Assembly: GCA_965116875.1 (NCBI GenBank)
Contig: OZ220733.1
Location: 2,944,001 to 3,008,000, forward strand
Origin: Candidatus Latescibacterota bacterium
Lineage (GTDB): Bacteria > Latescibacterota > UBA2968 > GCA-2709665
Reading direction: 5' to 3'
DNA length: 64,000 nucleotides
Shown here piece after piece: positions 18,434 through 27,943 of the stretch. Position 1 is the first letter of the stretch, and each line of letters begins with the position of its first letter. A model generated the notes under the pieces. The model worked only from the letters and a program-made list of their open reading frames with translations. It was not told the origin of the DNA and ran no database searches. The position numbers were made by a program, and so were the translations under genes.

Positions 18434-19492
18434 TCAGGTACCCACGTCGGCATTGGCCACCAGGACCGGATCCGCGAGTCCGTAGGCGTTGTTCCGGACC
18501 CGGGTCTTTCCGTCCGACCGTACCGACAGTTCATCCGGTTGCTGGTAGAGCCAGTTGTGATGGATATCCACGCCCTCTTCGGGGACGCCCCGTATGACGA
18601 CGGCGGTTTCGGGACAGCGGAACGTGTTGTGATGCACCTTCATCCAGGTGCCCGCGACGTCAGTCCCGTCCTTACGGTCCCTGCCTCCGTGCATATCGAA
18701 ACAGTGGCTCAGCGATTCACCGATTTCCACGTTGTTCCGGGCCTCGTACCCGCTCCCCGATCTGCCCGTTCCCGCCAGTGAGTGCCGGTTGTAGTCGAAC
18801 CGGTTGTATTCGATCAACGAGAATGCCTCGTCGTGGCTCACTCCGTATCCCAGGCCGTTGTATTGGTTGTGATGGATGAAATTGTGGTGGACGTGATGTC
18901 CGTCTCCGGCGCTGAGATAGACCGCCGCGTGGCTCCAGCCCGCAAGCTCGCAGTTGTCCACTTCCAGCCCCGGCTGTCTGGTGGTGATCCCATTGGATGT
19001 TGGGAATTTATAATAATACTCGTGCCCCCTGCCTTCGCGGAACGACCGGTTGTGGTGTTCCAGGCACCGCTTGGGATTGGGGCCTTTTATGCGCAATCCG
19101 GAGACCCTCACATTCGGCCCCGTCACATGGATCAGGGGATTTGTATCGAACGTGTCGCTCAGGATCATCCCGCCGTCCGAACCGCCCACGCCCCTGTCGC
19201 TGGCGAGGGTGACGCCTTCGGGGATCTCCAGCACGATGGACTCGATATATACGCGTTCGGTGCAGTCGATTCCCGCCGCGCCGTCAATGTAGACCGCGTC
19301 TCCGGATTTCGCCTGCGCCAGCGCCTCGAGGAGGTCGTCCAGCGTCGAAACGGTGTCCGCCGGTGCGGATACCGCGCTTTCATATCCCTCGCCTCCACCG
19401 ATGGGGCCTCGTTCGTCTGCCCGTGCGCCGAATGCTACACCTTCGATTTCGATCCAGGTCTGTCCCAACGGTTCCATTTCGCTGCCGAACAT
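18434..19492 (-). CDS. Right-handed parallel beta-helix protein
   Basis: Repeats VDNCELAGW, VHHNFIHHN, IEYNRFDYNRH, VHHNTF, IHHNW. Confidence 0.75.
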   Translation of the reverse strand: MFGSEMEPLGQTWIEIEGVAFGARADERGPIGGGEGYESAVSAPADTVSTLDDLLEALAQAKSGDAVYIDGAAGIDCTERVYIESIVLEIPEGVTLASDRGVGGSDGGMILSDTFDTNPLIHVTGPNVRVSGLRIKGPNPKRCLEHHNRSFREGRGHEYYYKFPTSNGITTRQPGLEVDNCELAGWSHAAVYLSAGDGHHVHHNFIHHNQYNGLGYGVSHDEAFSLIEYNRFDYNRHSLAGTGRSGSGYEARNNVEIGESLSHCFDMHGGRDRKDGTDVAGTWMKVHHNTFRCPETAVVIRGVPEEGVDIHHNWLYQQPDELSVRSDGKTRVRNNAYGLADPVLVANADVGT

Positions 19493-19515
19493 CGCCAGCC
19501 TCCTTTTCAGTGCGG

Positions 19516-20478
19516 TTATTCACTCAGCGCTACCACGTAACCCTTTTTATTGTCCACCACGTTCAACAGCGGTTCGCCGTCCCGGAACCGCTGTATGTTT
19601 TCCAGAATCAGGCCGATCCGTCGATCCTCGATCCGGTCCGAGATTGCCGCAACGTGCGGGGTGATCATCACGTTCTCCATCGCCCACAGCGGATGCCCTT
19701 CCTGTAGCGGCTCTTCCTCGAAGACGTCCAGCCCGGCGCCCGCCAGTTCTCCCTTCTGCAGCGCCCGCGTCAGCGCGGCAAGGTCCACCACCTTTCCCCT
19801 GCCGATGTTGATGAAAATGGCGCTCGGTCTCATCGCCTTCAGCGCCGCGGCATCGATCATCCGGTCGGTCTCGCCGGTATGCGGGGCGCAGATGACGAAG
19901 AAATCCACCTCACCCAGCATCTCGTGCAGTTCGTTCACGCCGTAAATCCGCTCGACGTGGTCGGGGCGCGCTTTCGGCGCCGGATCCAGCGCCAGCACGC
20001 GCATGCCGAACGCATGGCCCCGTTCGGCAACCGCCAGCCCGATGCCGCCCAGGCCCAGCACGCCGAGGGTTGTGCCCGCCACGTGGATTACCGGTACGGC
20101 TTTTTTCTCCCATCGACCCTCCAGTTGACTCCGGAAATATGCCGGAATGCCCCTGGCCAGGGAAAGCAGCAGCGCAAACACGTGCTCCGCAATGACGTCG
20201 CTGTAGATCCCGCGCAGGTTGGTGACAGTGACCTTGCTTTCTCGCAACTCAGGGAAATAATAGCCGTCCAGCCCGGCGCTCGTTGCCTGAACCCACCGCA
20301 GCTTCTTTCCGGCGGACAGCAGCGACGGCGTCATGCGGCCGTAGTATGCGTCGGCATCTCCGATCAGATCCAGCGCCGCCGCCTCGGAATCCGCTTCGCA
20401 CGCCTCCACGTCCAGCTCCCTCACCCGTGCCATCCAATCCGGCTTGAACGCCGGCCAGAATACCATTTTCACAGCCAT
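19516..20478 (-). CDS. D-2-hydroxyacid dehydrogenase
   Basis: GLGGIG, NIGRG, AGLDVFEEEPL, ITPHVA. Confidence 0.93.
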   Translation of the reverse strand: MAVKMVFWPAFKPDWMARVRELDVEACEADSEAAALDLIGDADAYYGRMTPSLLSAGKKLRWVQATSAGLDGYYFPELRESKVTVTNLRGIYSDVIAEHVFALLLSLARGIPAYFRSQLEGRWEKKAVPVIHVAGTTLGVLGLGGIGLAVAERGHAFGMRVLALDPAPKARPDHVERIYGVNELHEMLGEVDFFVICAPHTGETDRMIDAAALKAMRPSAIFINIGRGKVVDLAALTRALQKGELAGAGLDVFEEEPLQEGHPLWAMENVMITPHVAAISDRIEDRRIGLILENIQRFRDGEPLLNVVDNKKGYVVALSE

Positions 20479-20479
20479 T

Positions 20480-21352
20480 TCATAGCTCCTCCACCGGAGT
20501 GTATTCACCCCTGTCGTCAATCGTGATGGTTGCCCAGACCTGCTCCGGGTCGTGGGGCCACGCCACCAGCCAGCCTTCGTCGGCCGCCTGATTCAACACC
20601 TGCTGCCGCACCGTGAACGTCTTCCTGGGATACAGGTCGAACGCCATGATGTAGACCGGGTGCACGTGATGTCGCGTGGGGACCAGGTCCCCAATGAAAC
20701 AGACGGTCCCGCCACCCGAATGTACCAGGACGGACTGATGCGCCTTCGTGTGCCCGGGCGTAAGAAAAACGCGCACGCCATGGCAGACCTCCACGTCGCC
20801 CTCCACAAGCTCCAGTACGCCCGCGCGTTCCAGCGGCAACAGGTCGGACGCGGCGTTGTACCCGTGAACGGTCTGCCGGTCCGCGCCAACGGCGTCTTCC
20901 CATTCCTGTCGTTGCACGATGTACCGGGCGTTCGGAAACGCGGGCTCATAACCGTTGTGGGTCCGAACCGTTGTCCCGCCCGCGTGGTCCATGTGAAGGT
21001 GGGTGAGTACCACCCGGTCCACCGCCTCCGGCGCAACGCCCGCATCAGCCAGCGCTTCGATTACTCCCCGGGAGGGGTCCACGCCATAGATGTCCCGGTA
21101 CTTCCCGGACAGCTTCTCGGCGCCGACGCCGGTTTCAACCAGAACGGTCTCCGCCGCTGTCTCCACCAGCAGGCAGGTCAGGCCGAGTTGGATCCGGTTC
21201 CGCCCGTCCGGCGGGATCTTCTTTTCCCAGATCGACCGGGGGACCACGCCGAACATCGTCCCCCCGTCGAGACGGAGTCGCCCCGCGTCCAGCGCGGTTA
21301 CGCGGATGTCCCCGATCGTCCTCGAATCGACCTTTCGATTGGATTCGCTCAC
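20480..21352 (-). CDS. MBL-fold metallo-hydrolase (YtnP/AHL-lactonase-like)
   Basis: LDGGTMFGVVP, THLHMDHAGG, TPGHT, GDLVPT. Confidence 0.92.
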   Translation of the reverse strand: MSESNRKVDSRTIGDIRVTALDAGRLRLDGGTMFGVVPRSIWEKKIPPDGRNRIQLGLTCLLVETAAETVLVETGVGAEKLSGKYRDIYGVDPSRGVIEALADAGVAPEAVDRVVLTHLHMDHAGGTTVRTHNGYEPAFPNARYIVQRQEWEDAVGADRQTVHGYNAASDLLPLERAGVLELVEGDVEVCHGVRVFLTPGHTKAHQSVLVHSGGGTVCFIGDLVPTRHHVHPVYIMAFDLYPRKTFTVRQQVLNQAADEGWLVAWPHDPEQVWATITIDDRGEYTPVEEL

Positions 21353-21415
21353 CTGACTCCAATGTTGAAGTGGCTAAGTCCTGACACCGGTTTCCAACAA
21401 GGATTCGTGCATTTG

Positions 21416-21475
21416 ACCTCATTTCAAACAAGGACAAAGGTCAAATTGGCCACAAAAAGCCTGAAAGCGGGGAGA
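21416..21475 (+). repeat. About 60-bp imperfect direct repeat, left island flank (partner 30533-30591)
   Basis: ACCTCA...GACAA..GTCAAATTGGCCACAAAAAGCCTGAAAGCGGG versus ACCTCA...GACAA..GTCAAATCGGCCACAAGAGCCTGAATGCGGG. Confidence 0.65.
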
Positions 21476-21594
21476 CGTTAGAGGTGAGACGGGAGAAGAA
21501 GTCCATGCCCTGTATGTTCTTTCTTCTTGCCTTCGGCACGAGAAGAATCCTCACGAGGCAGGTAATCTCTACCCTCTTCCGTCTCACGTCTTCC
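21470..21594 (+). repeat. Dispersed heptamer-armed repeat, copy 3
   Basis: GGGAGAC/GTTAGAG/GTGAGAC/GGGAGAA arm, core CTTGCCTTCGGCACGAGAAGAA, inverted arm CTCTACC/CTCTTCC/GTCTCAC/GTCTTCC. Confidence 0.78.
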
Positions 21595-22158
21595 TGCTTC
21601 TGGGGCGCCGGAGGGAGAGATCCCGTTCACGTCCAGCGACCTGGTGTATCCTGGGTATCCGCAGTTGAATCGCCTTTATCAACGTGAGCATATACGAATT
21701 AACGTGACCGAAACACGACGAATCCAGGTTGACCGCAGTCATTATGCAAGCATCGTTCGCTGGATGTCAAGCGCAAAAACAGCGCCGGTATCCACGTTCG
21801 GCGTTGTAAACGCGACCGGCGCAGACAGACCGACAATCCTGCTGTTAGCGGACATGCCGGCTTTCCCCGTCCTTCGATCACTGACTCTTCCAGATTACGC
21901 AGCCGGATTTTCACGTAGTCCGTATCGGCGTTTGGCGATGCTCCGTTTTCCGTCAATATGAGTTTCAGTCCACAATTGACCTGCGTTAATGTAGAATGCT
22001 ATTGCGTCCGACAGGCATCCGATATGTCGATATGACACGGACTTCAGCAGATTTTTTTTAGGATTCGGGATCGGGGGTCACTATTATGATAGGAGCAGGG
22101 ATCGATTCACGAACCTTTGGCAAGGTGCCCAAACAGATCCCTGTAATGTGGAGGTTGT

Positions 22159-23463
22159 ATGGACGTGGCAGACAGCATATTTGTCAGGCGAGTCTTGTCG
22201 GGCGACAAAGACGCTTTCGAACCGCTTGTTGAACGTTACAAGGGGATGGTGTACGCTCAGGTCGTGGGAAGGACGGGAAATTTCGACTCTGCGGAGGACA
22301 TCGTCCAGGCGACTTTCGTAGAGGCATATCGGCAATTGAAATCCTTGAGAGACCCTGCCAGATTTCGCGCGTGGGTTCGGGGTATCGCTATGAATCTTTC
22401 CCGGGAATGGAATCGGAAACGCAAGCAGAACGTACCGATTGAGGATATGGACAGTTCACAGGACGCGGCGGTTTATGACAAGGTTCTGCCGGATACACTC
22501 GTTGAACTGCCCGCGCCGCCGGACAGAGAGTTTGAAGCGGAAGAAACACGAGACTACGTGTTTCGTGCGGTCGAACGACTTCCGGAAAAGTATCGAGAGG
22601 TCGTGCTCCTTCACTACATGGAGGGGTTGAAGTACAGGGAAATCGCCGAGATGCTGGAAGTACCCGAAAGCACCGTGCTTGGCAGGCTTCAGGTGGGCCG
22701 CGACCAGCTTCGCGAAGATCTGATGCCGATCGTCGAGGAGACATTGAAGGAGCGCCAACCGACGTCTGAACTGACGAAAAAGGTAATGGCCGCACTGCCG
22801 CCGCTGCTCCTGTTGACTCCGGATTCGATCTGGGCAAGTGCAAAGCGGTTCTTTTCCCGAAGTCCGTACTGGCGAACCGGAGGTATTCTGACTGCAGCAG
22901 TTGTTGGAACGGGGATATACTATTCCGGATTCGTCGCCATTGTCCAATGGGAGAACGGCTCAGTTTCGTCACCGAAGCCGGAGGCGACCGCCGAGCAGAT
23001 GACAATCGAAATAGAAAGGGACGACCCGTCCAACCCCGTCAACCGGCCCAAACAGGCGGAAGTTGCCCTTCAGCAAAACGCTACGAAAGGAAGAGCAGAT
23101 GGGCAGACCGAAAGTGCCGACACCACAAGATTCACGCAGCAACGGAAAGCTTCAACAGACAGTCCTGCCAAGCCAACGCTGACACTGTCCGATTCGCCGG
23201 CGGATTCCGTGTTAACGATTGCCTACACAATTCCTGACTCCGCATTTAAGGATTCCGTGCACGTTGGGCTCAAAGTCTACAATATGTCTGGAATGCTGGC
23301 TGCATTGCTTGTAGACGACATCCAGAGGGTGGGAAGTCATACGTTACTACTCGAAAAACGTCGCCTGTCGGACGGCGTTTATATTGTCGATCTCAAGTTA
23401 AACCGGTCTAGAACGCATGCCGCGCAGAAGACATTTAGTCTTTTTTGGGCGGACAGACGTTAA
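22159..23463 (+). CDS. ECF sigma-70 factor with TM segment and C-terminal FlgD-Ig/T9SS-CTD-like domain
   Basis: Region 2 (AFEPLVERY...AEDIVQATF...FRAWV), region 4 (LPEKYREVVLLHYMEGLKYREIAEML), hydrophobic stretch, C-terminal IAYTIP...LKVYNMSG...LSDGVYIV. Confidence 0.85.
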   Translation: MDVADSIFVRRVLSGDKDAFEPLVERYKGMVYAQVVGRTGNFDSAEDIVQATFVEAYRQLKSLRDPARFRAWVRGIAMNLSREWNRKRKQNVPIEDMDSSQDAAVYDKVLPDTLVELPAPPDREFEAEETRDYVFRAVERLPEKYREVVLLHYMEGLKYREIAEMLEVPESTVLGRLQVGRDQLREDLMPIVEETLKERQPTSELTKKVMAALPPLLLLTPDSIWASAKRFFSRSPYWRTGGILTAAVVGTGIYYSGFVAIVQWENGSVSSPKPEATAEQMTIEIERDDPSNPVNRPKQAEVALQQNATKGRADGQTESADTTRFTQQRKASTDSPAKPTLTLSDSPADSVLTIAYTIPDSAFKDSVHVGLKVYNMSGMLAALLVDDIQRVGSHTLLLEKRRLSDGVYIVDLKLNRSRTHAAQKTFSLFWADRR

Positions 23464-23475
23464 TAGGAGGCCCGA

Positions 23476-24834
23476 ATGTTGACATCAATGTTAGAAATGA
23501 AGTATCGAAGTCGTCTTATGGAAATCGCTGTTCTGGTTCTGATTGCGATATTTCTGAGCTCGGACGCTTATGCAGGCGCACCGACTTATTCCAGGGAGGA
23601 ACAACGGCGCTTTTCAAAGGCGACAATGAAGCTTGCACGCGCAGAAGAAACAGAAGAGCACTGGGATGGGATACTCGCACTCGAAGCATTCCGCACAGAA
23701 TATCCGCAGACGAATTTGAAGGTAGATGCGCTGCAGTGGCTGTTTGTTCACTACAGCATGGTTGTCGATGATCCTGTGTTCCTCCTTCGCCTGGCTGAGG
23801 AAGCCATTGCGTTACAGCCGAATCGAAACGGTCTATACAGAAAGATAGTTACGACTTTTATTGACAAGGAGATTTTCCCGAGTCAAACCCTTATTTTCGC
23901 GCAAAAGTCACTGGCAATCGCGGAGAGCTTACATACCAATTCAGGTGACGGTTACCAGCGAGGTATTCTCCAAAGACAAGGAATGTTGAGCCAGGCTTTT
24001 CAGATGGCGAATCAGCCAGAGGAGGCATTGAAGGTAATCCAGCACAGCTTGCAGCAGGCGGAGGCGCTGCCTGTGACGGCCTTCCCGGATCAGGCAACCC
24101 GCCAGACAACCGTAGACGGGATTCGGCTGGATCTGCTGAGGCTCTACATCAAACAGCGCCGATGGAATCCTGCGTATGAACAGGCATGTGACCTTCTGAA
24201 GAGATCGGTGAACCGCGAACCCGTCTACGAACTCTGGAGCAGAGCGTATGTCGGGAAGTTCGGTTCTGCGGAGGGGATTATCAATGTTTACGCGGACCTG
24301 AAGGCCGAGATTGAAGAAATGCGCAAAGCCCGGATGGTTGAAAAACGCGTGAGGCGACCGGCGCCGATGTTCACATTGAAGACCTTGAATGATGAGACAG
24401 TGAGTTTGGAATTGAAGACCTTGACTGATGAATCAACGAGTTTGGAAGCGTTAAAAGGGAAGGTCGTGTTGATTAATTTCTGGGCCAGTTGGTGCGGTCC
24501 ATGTCTTGAGGAATTGCCTCAACTCGAAGCGCTGACGCGTATATTTAAACCGGAGTCGGTAGCGTTTCTGGCCGTCAATCTGGATACGCATGACGAGGAG
24601 GAGTATCGGAAGGATCTGGTGTTGAGCACAAAGGCGCGGTTGGCGCCCAGCATGACTTATCTGATGGGCAATGATGAAGTGAGGCGTGAATTCGGTTTCG
24701 ATAAAATACCGTATACGTGTATTGTGGATCGAGACGGGCACATCCGTTACGAAAAAACCGGCCTGAGCAGCGATTTCAAGGCATCCATCAAAGATCAGTT
24801 GACGTGGGTGATTGGATTATCCAAGACTGAATGA
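23476..24834 (+). CDS. Exported TPR-like plus TlpA/redoxin disulfide reductase
   Basis: Signal peptide, helical N-region, KGKVVLINFWASWCGPCLEELP, IPYTCIVDRDG. Confidence 0.88.
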   Translation: MLTSMLEMKYRSRLMEIAVLVLIAIFLSSDAYAGAPTYSREEQRRFSKATMKLARAEETEEHWDGILALEAFRTEYPQTNLKVDALQWLFVHYSMVVDDPVFLLRLAEEAIALQPNRNGLYRKIVTTFIDKEIFPSQTLIFAQKSLAIAESLHTNSGDGYQRGILQRQGMLSQAFQMANQPEEALKVIQHSLQQAEALPVTAFPDQATRQTTVDGIRLDLLRLYIKQRRWNPAYEQACDLLKRSVNREPVYELWSRAYVGKFGSAEGIINVYADLKAEIEEMRKARMVEKRVRRPAPMFTLKTLNDETVSLELKTLTDESTSLEALKGKVVLINFWASWCGPCLEELPQLEALTRIFKPESVAFLAVNLDTHDEEEYRKDLVLSTKARLAPSMTYLMGNDEVRREFGFDKIPYTCIVDRDGHIRYEKTGLSSDFKASIKDQLTWVIGLSKTE

Positions 24835-24975
24835 CGGAGGGTCGTTGGGCTGGGATTCGTGAATGGATAAGGCGCAGCGAATAGCGGATTCCGTTTCTGA
24901 TATTTCGTTGACATTTACGCTCCTGAGAGTAGGGACTCGGGAGCGTTTCCTGTTTACGACCGTCGTCACCTGTAT

Positions 24976-25004
24976 TTGCACTGTCAATAAACCTTGTTTA
25001 TATT
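24976..25004 (+). promoter_or_regulatory. Sigma70-like promoter upstream of the propeller array
   Basis: TTGCAC-17 bp-TATATT. Confidence 0.45.
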
Positions 25005-25144
25005 GAAATTAGTCCAACTGATGTTTCTGCGGACTATTGAGTGAGCCGGTAGGGTTTCTCAGATAAGACTTCAGTCCCGCGCGCTCGATCCGGAATCTGA
25101 ACGTGATATTCAAGAAGCATTAGAAACCGGAATGGAGAACACAA

Positions 25145-26320
25145 TTGAGCAGGGTTCGCGCCTATATTGAATCGAGCCCAACATCTCCTGTGCCCATCTT
25201 TCTGATCGCTGCCGCGCTTATGGTGGGTACCATTGCCGGGTGCGGATGGACCGGCGTTGTGGATGAGATTCCGGATGAACAGCACATTCCCGAAAGGACA
25301 ATACGAAATGCAGGGAAAGTAGCGCTTGAAATGCGAGAAAGCGTCGAGCTTGTGTTTGATGAGGACATGCCAGAGATTCGGGATGTTGAGTGGATAGGTA
25401 TTTCACCTGAGGGCACCTTGTTGGTTACCGACCGTGAAAACCATCAGGCGCACGAAATCAACTACCGGGACTTAGAGTACATTCGCTCATTCGGGCGTAC
25501 AGGCAGAGGTCTAGGGGAGCATTTGTCGGCTGACAATATGACGATAGATCCTGAGGGCAGGGTCTATCTCCTGGATGGAGTTCAAGGGCAGATCCTGCGA
25601 TTTGATCGCAAGGGCCGATTCCTGGATCGGACCCAATCTGTCGGGGTATCGAAGATTCACGCGGGTCGCAATGATGGGGTATTTTTTCTACGCGTAAACT
25701 CAAGCCTTATCATGGAATTACAGCGCCGGGACCCGTCGACGTGGGGCGTTTTGAGCCGTACACCGCTTTCCGATCCAAAACAGAGTTATGTGTCGTTTCG
25801 GATGAGGTATCTCGCAAAGTTGTGCTATAACGCGTCATTGCAGGTGTTTTATTATCTGGGCCCGAATGACTACATGGTCAAAGAGATCGATGCGGTAACA
25901 GGTGAGATTACGGCGAAATTCGGCCGGCGACCCAACGGGTTCGTTGCCGTGCCCGATCTCTACCACCATATCGGGCGCGGAACTTTTGATGAATTGACAC
26001 CTTTGGATATTACCACTGTAGGATCTATGACACTGGTTGAGGATCGATATCTATTCGTCTCACACGACCACCCGGAAACTTTAACGAGGGAATGGGTCGT
26101 CTATATGATAAACCCGTCCGGGACGTTCGAAGTGTTCGATCTGGATGACGTTACGATTGGACGCCTTCGCCAATTCAGCGGCCATGGCGGTGTGCCGGGG
26201 ATGGGAGCCATCACCGCCGCGAAGGAATCCATATATATCTGGAGGCCGCCTCGCAGCGAGGTTGCGGACAAATCCATCGGTACGATAGAAGAATATGCGG
26301 TTGTGTCGGGCCTGAACTAA
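25145..26320 (+). CDS. 6-bladed beta-propeller (NHL-like) lipoprotein, copy 1
   Basis: TTG start after GGAG, lipobox IAGC, NHL-like YIRSFGRTGRGLGE...IDPEGRVYLLD...RFDRKGRFL. Confidence 0.85.
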   Translation: MSRVRAYIESSPTSPVPIFLIAAALMVGTIAGCGWTGVVDEIPDEQHIPERTIRNAGKVALEMRESVELVFDEDMPEIRDVEWIGISPEGTLLVTDRENHQAHEINYRDLEYIRSFGRTGRGLGEHLSADNMTIDPEGRVYLLDGVQGQILRFDRKGRFLDRTQSVGVSKIHAGRNDGVFFLRVNSSLIMELQRRDPSTWGVLSRTPLSDPKQSYVSFRMRYLAKLCYNASLQVFYYLGPNDYMVKEIDAVTGEITAKFGRRPNGFVAVPDLYHHIGRGTFDELTPLDITTVGSMTLVEDRYLFVSHDHPETLTREWVVYMINPSGTFEVFDLDDVTIGRLRQFSGHGGVPGMGAITAAKESIYIWRPPRSEVADKSIGTIEEYAVVSGLN

Positions 26321-26403
26321 GAAGGGTCGCCGGGGCACTCAGGGATTTCGCGAAGAGTTCATTTCATTTGTCATCCAGGCTGTCAGCACGCGATCTGCGG
26401 GTC

Positions 26404-26497
26404 GATGTGTCTATGCGAATCGAAATTGCCATCGCCGCTGTTTTCGGTCGCGCGCCGACAATGCGGCAAGCCGTTTGAAGGCTGTGGGTTGCAACCG
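26404..26497 (-). repeat. Paralogous copy of cpt 3' end and downstream flank (spacer 1)
   Basis: Aligns with 30776-30870. Encodes QPTAFKRLAALSARDRKQ versus cpt QPAAFKRLAAMTARDRK-stop. Confidence 0.75.
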
Positions 26498-26549
26498 AAG
26501 GGTCCGTCGAGGACGGCGGCAAGGAACACTCAATGAAGGGAGAACACCA

Positions 26550-27719
26550 ATGAGTATGGTTCGTGTGTACACTTATTTGTGCTCGATATTTCCTGTTCGC
26601 GTCTTTTGGATCGCTGGCGCGCTCATCGTGGGTACTATTGCCGGGTGCGGAGGGGATCGGGTCTTGGAAGGGGTATCGGATGACGAGCGCATTCCCGAGA
26701 AGCAACTGCGATATGCTGGGAAAGTGGCGCTTGAATTGCAAGAAACCCTCGAGCTTGGGTTTGATCAGGACATGCCCGGGATCGGGCTTGTTCGTTGGAT
26801 GGGTATTTCACCTGAGGGCACCTTGTTGGTTACAGACTTTGAAAGCCATCGGGCGCACGAAATCAACTACCGGGACAACAGGTACATTCGCTCATTCGGG
26901 CGTACAGGCAGAGGTCCCGGGGAGCATTTGTCGGCTGAAAATATGACGATAGATCCTGAGGGCAGGGTCTATCTCCTGGATCCGGCTCAAGGGCAGGTCC
27001 TCCGGTTTGATCGCATGGGCCAATTTCTGGATCGGGCCAAATCTACCGGTGCATCGAAGATCCATGCCGGTCGCACAGGAGAGATATTTACTCTTCGTGT
27101 AAACTCAAGTCTTATCATGGAATTGCAGCGCCAGGACCAGGCGACGTGGGAAGTCTTAAGCAGTACACCGCTTTCCATTCGAAAGCAGAGTTTTGTGTCG
27201 TTTCGGTATAGAAGTGCGGCGCAGTTGTGCTATAACGCTTCGCTGCAGGTGTTTTATCATCTTGGCCCGAATGACTACATGATCAAAGAGATCGACGCGG
27301 GAACAGGTGAGATTACGGCGAAATTCGGCCGGCGCCCGAATGGATTCGTTGCGTTGCCCGATCGCTACCACGATATCGGGCGTGGAACCCTAGACGATTT
27401 GGAACAACTGGATTTTTCCCTTGTAGGATCAATGACATTGATCAGGGATCAATATCTATTGGTTTCATACGACCATCCAGGATCTCGAAGGTGGGAATGG
27501 GTCATGTATATGATAAATCCGTCCGGGTCGCTTGATGTGTTTGATCTGGATGACGTTACGAGTGGACTCTTTCAGCCGTTCAGCCACGACGGTGTGGATA
27601 TGGGAGCCATCACGGCCGCGCAAGAATTCCTATATATTTGGAGACCACCTCGTAGGCGAGTTGCTGACAGATCCATCGGTACGATAGAGAAATACGCGGT
27701 TATGTTGCACCGGAACTGA
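26550..27719 (+). CDS. 6-bladed beta-propeller lipoprotein, copy 2
   Basis: Paralog of copy 1, lipobox IAGC, ATG after GGAG. Confidence 0.87.
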   Translation: MSMVRVYTYLCSIFPVRVFWIAGALIVGTIAGCGGDRVLEGVSDDERIPEKQLRYAGKVALELQETLELGFDQDMPGIGLVRWMGISPEGTLLVTDFESHRAHEINYRDNRYIRSFGRTGRGPGEHLSAENMTIDPEGRVYLLDPAQGQVLRFDRMGQFLDRAKSTGASKIHAGRTGEIFTLRVNSSLIMELQRQDQATWEVLSSTPLSIRKQSFVSFRYRSAAQLCYNASLQVFYHLGPNDYMIKEIDAGTGEITAKFGRRPNGFVALPDRYHDIGRGTLDDLEQLDFSLVGSMTLIRDQYLLVSYDHPGSRRWEWVMYMINPSGSLDVFDLDDVTSGLFQPFSHDGVDMGAITAAQEFLYIWRPPRRRVADRSIGTIEKYAVMLHRN

Positions 27720-27825
27720 GAAAGGTCGCCGGGCCAATCAGGGTTTTCGAGTTGATTTCAATCATCCGCCGGACCGTCAGTGAGCGATACGGAGCCGATT
27801 TGTCAACAACGAGTTGTACTCGCGA

Positions 27826-27891
27826 TCGCCGCTGTTTTCGGTCGCGCGCCGACAATGCGGCAAGCCGTTTGAAGGCCGTGGGTTGGAACCG
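27826..27891 (-). repeat. Paralogous copy of cpt 3' end (spacer 2)
   Basis: TCGCCGCTGTTTTCGGTCGCGCGCCGACAATGCGGCAAGCCGTTTGAAGGCCGTGGGTTG, same block as spacers 1 and 3. Confidence 0.75.
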
Positions 27892-27943
27892 AAGGGTCCG
27901 TCGAGGACGGCGGCAAGGAACACTCGATGAGGGGTGGACACCA

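Noticed and set aside
21644-21961. ORFs on either strand upstream of the ECF sigma
   Set aside because: No RBS, no recognisable motif and atypical composition.
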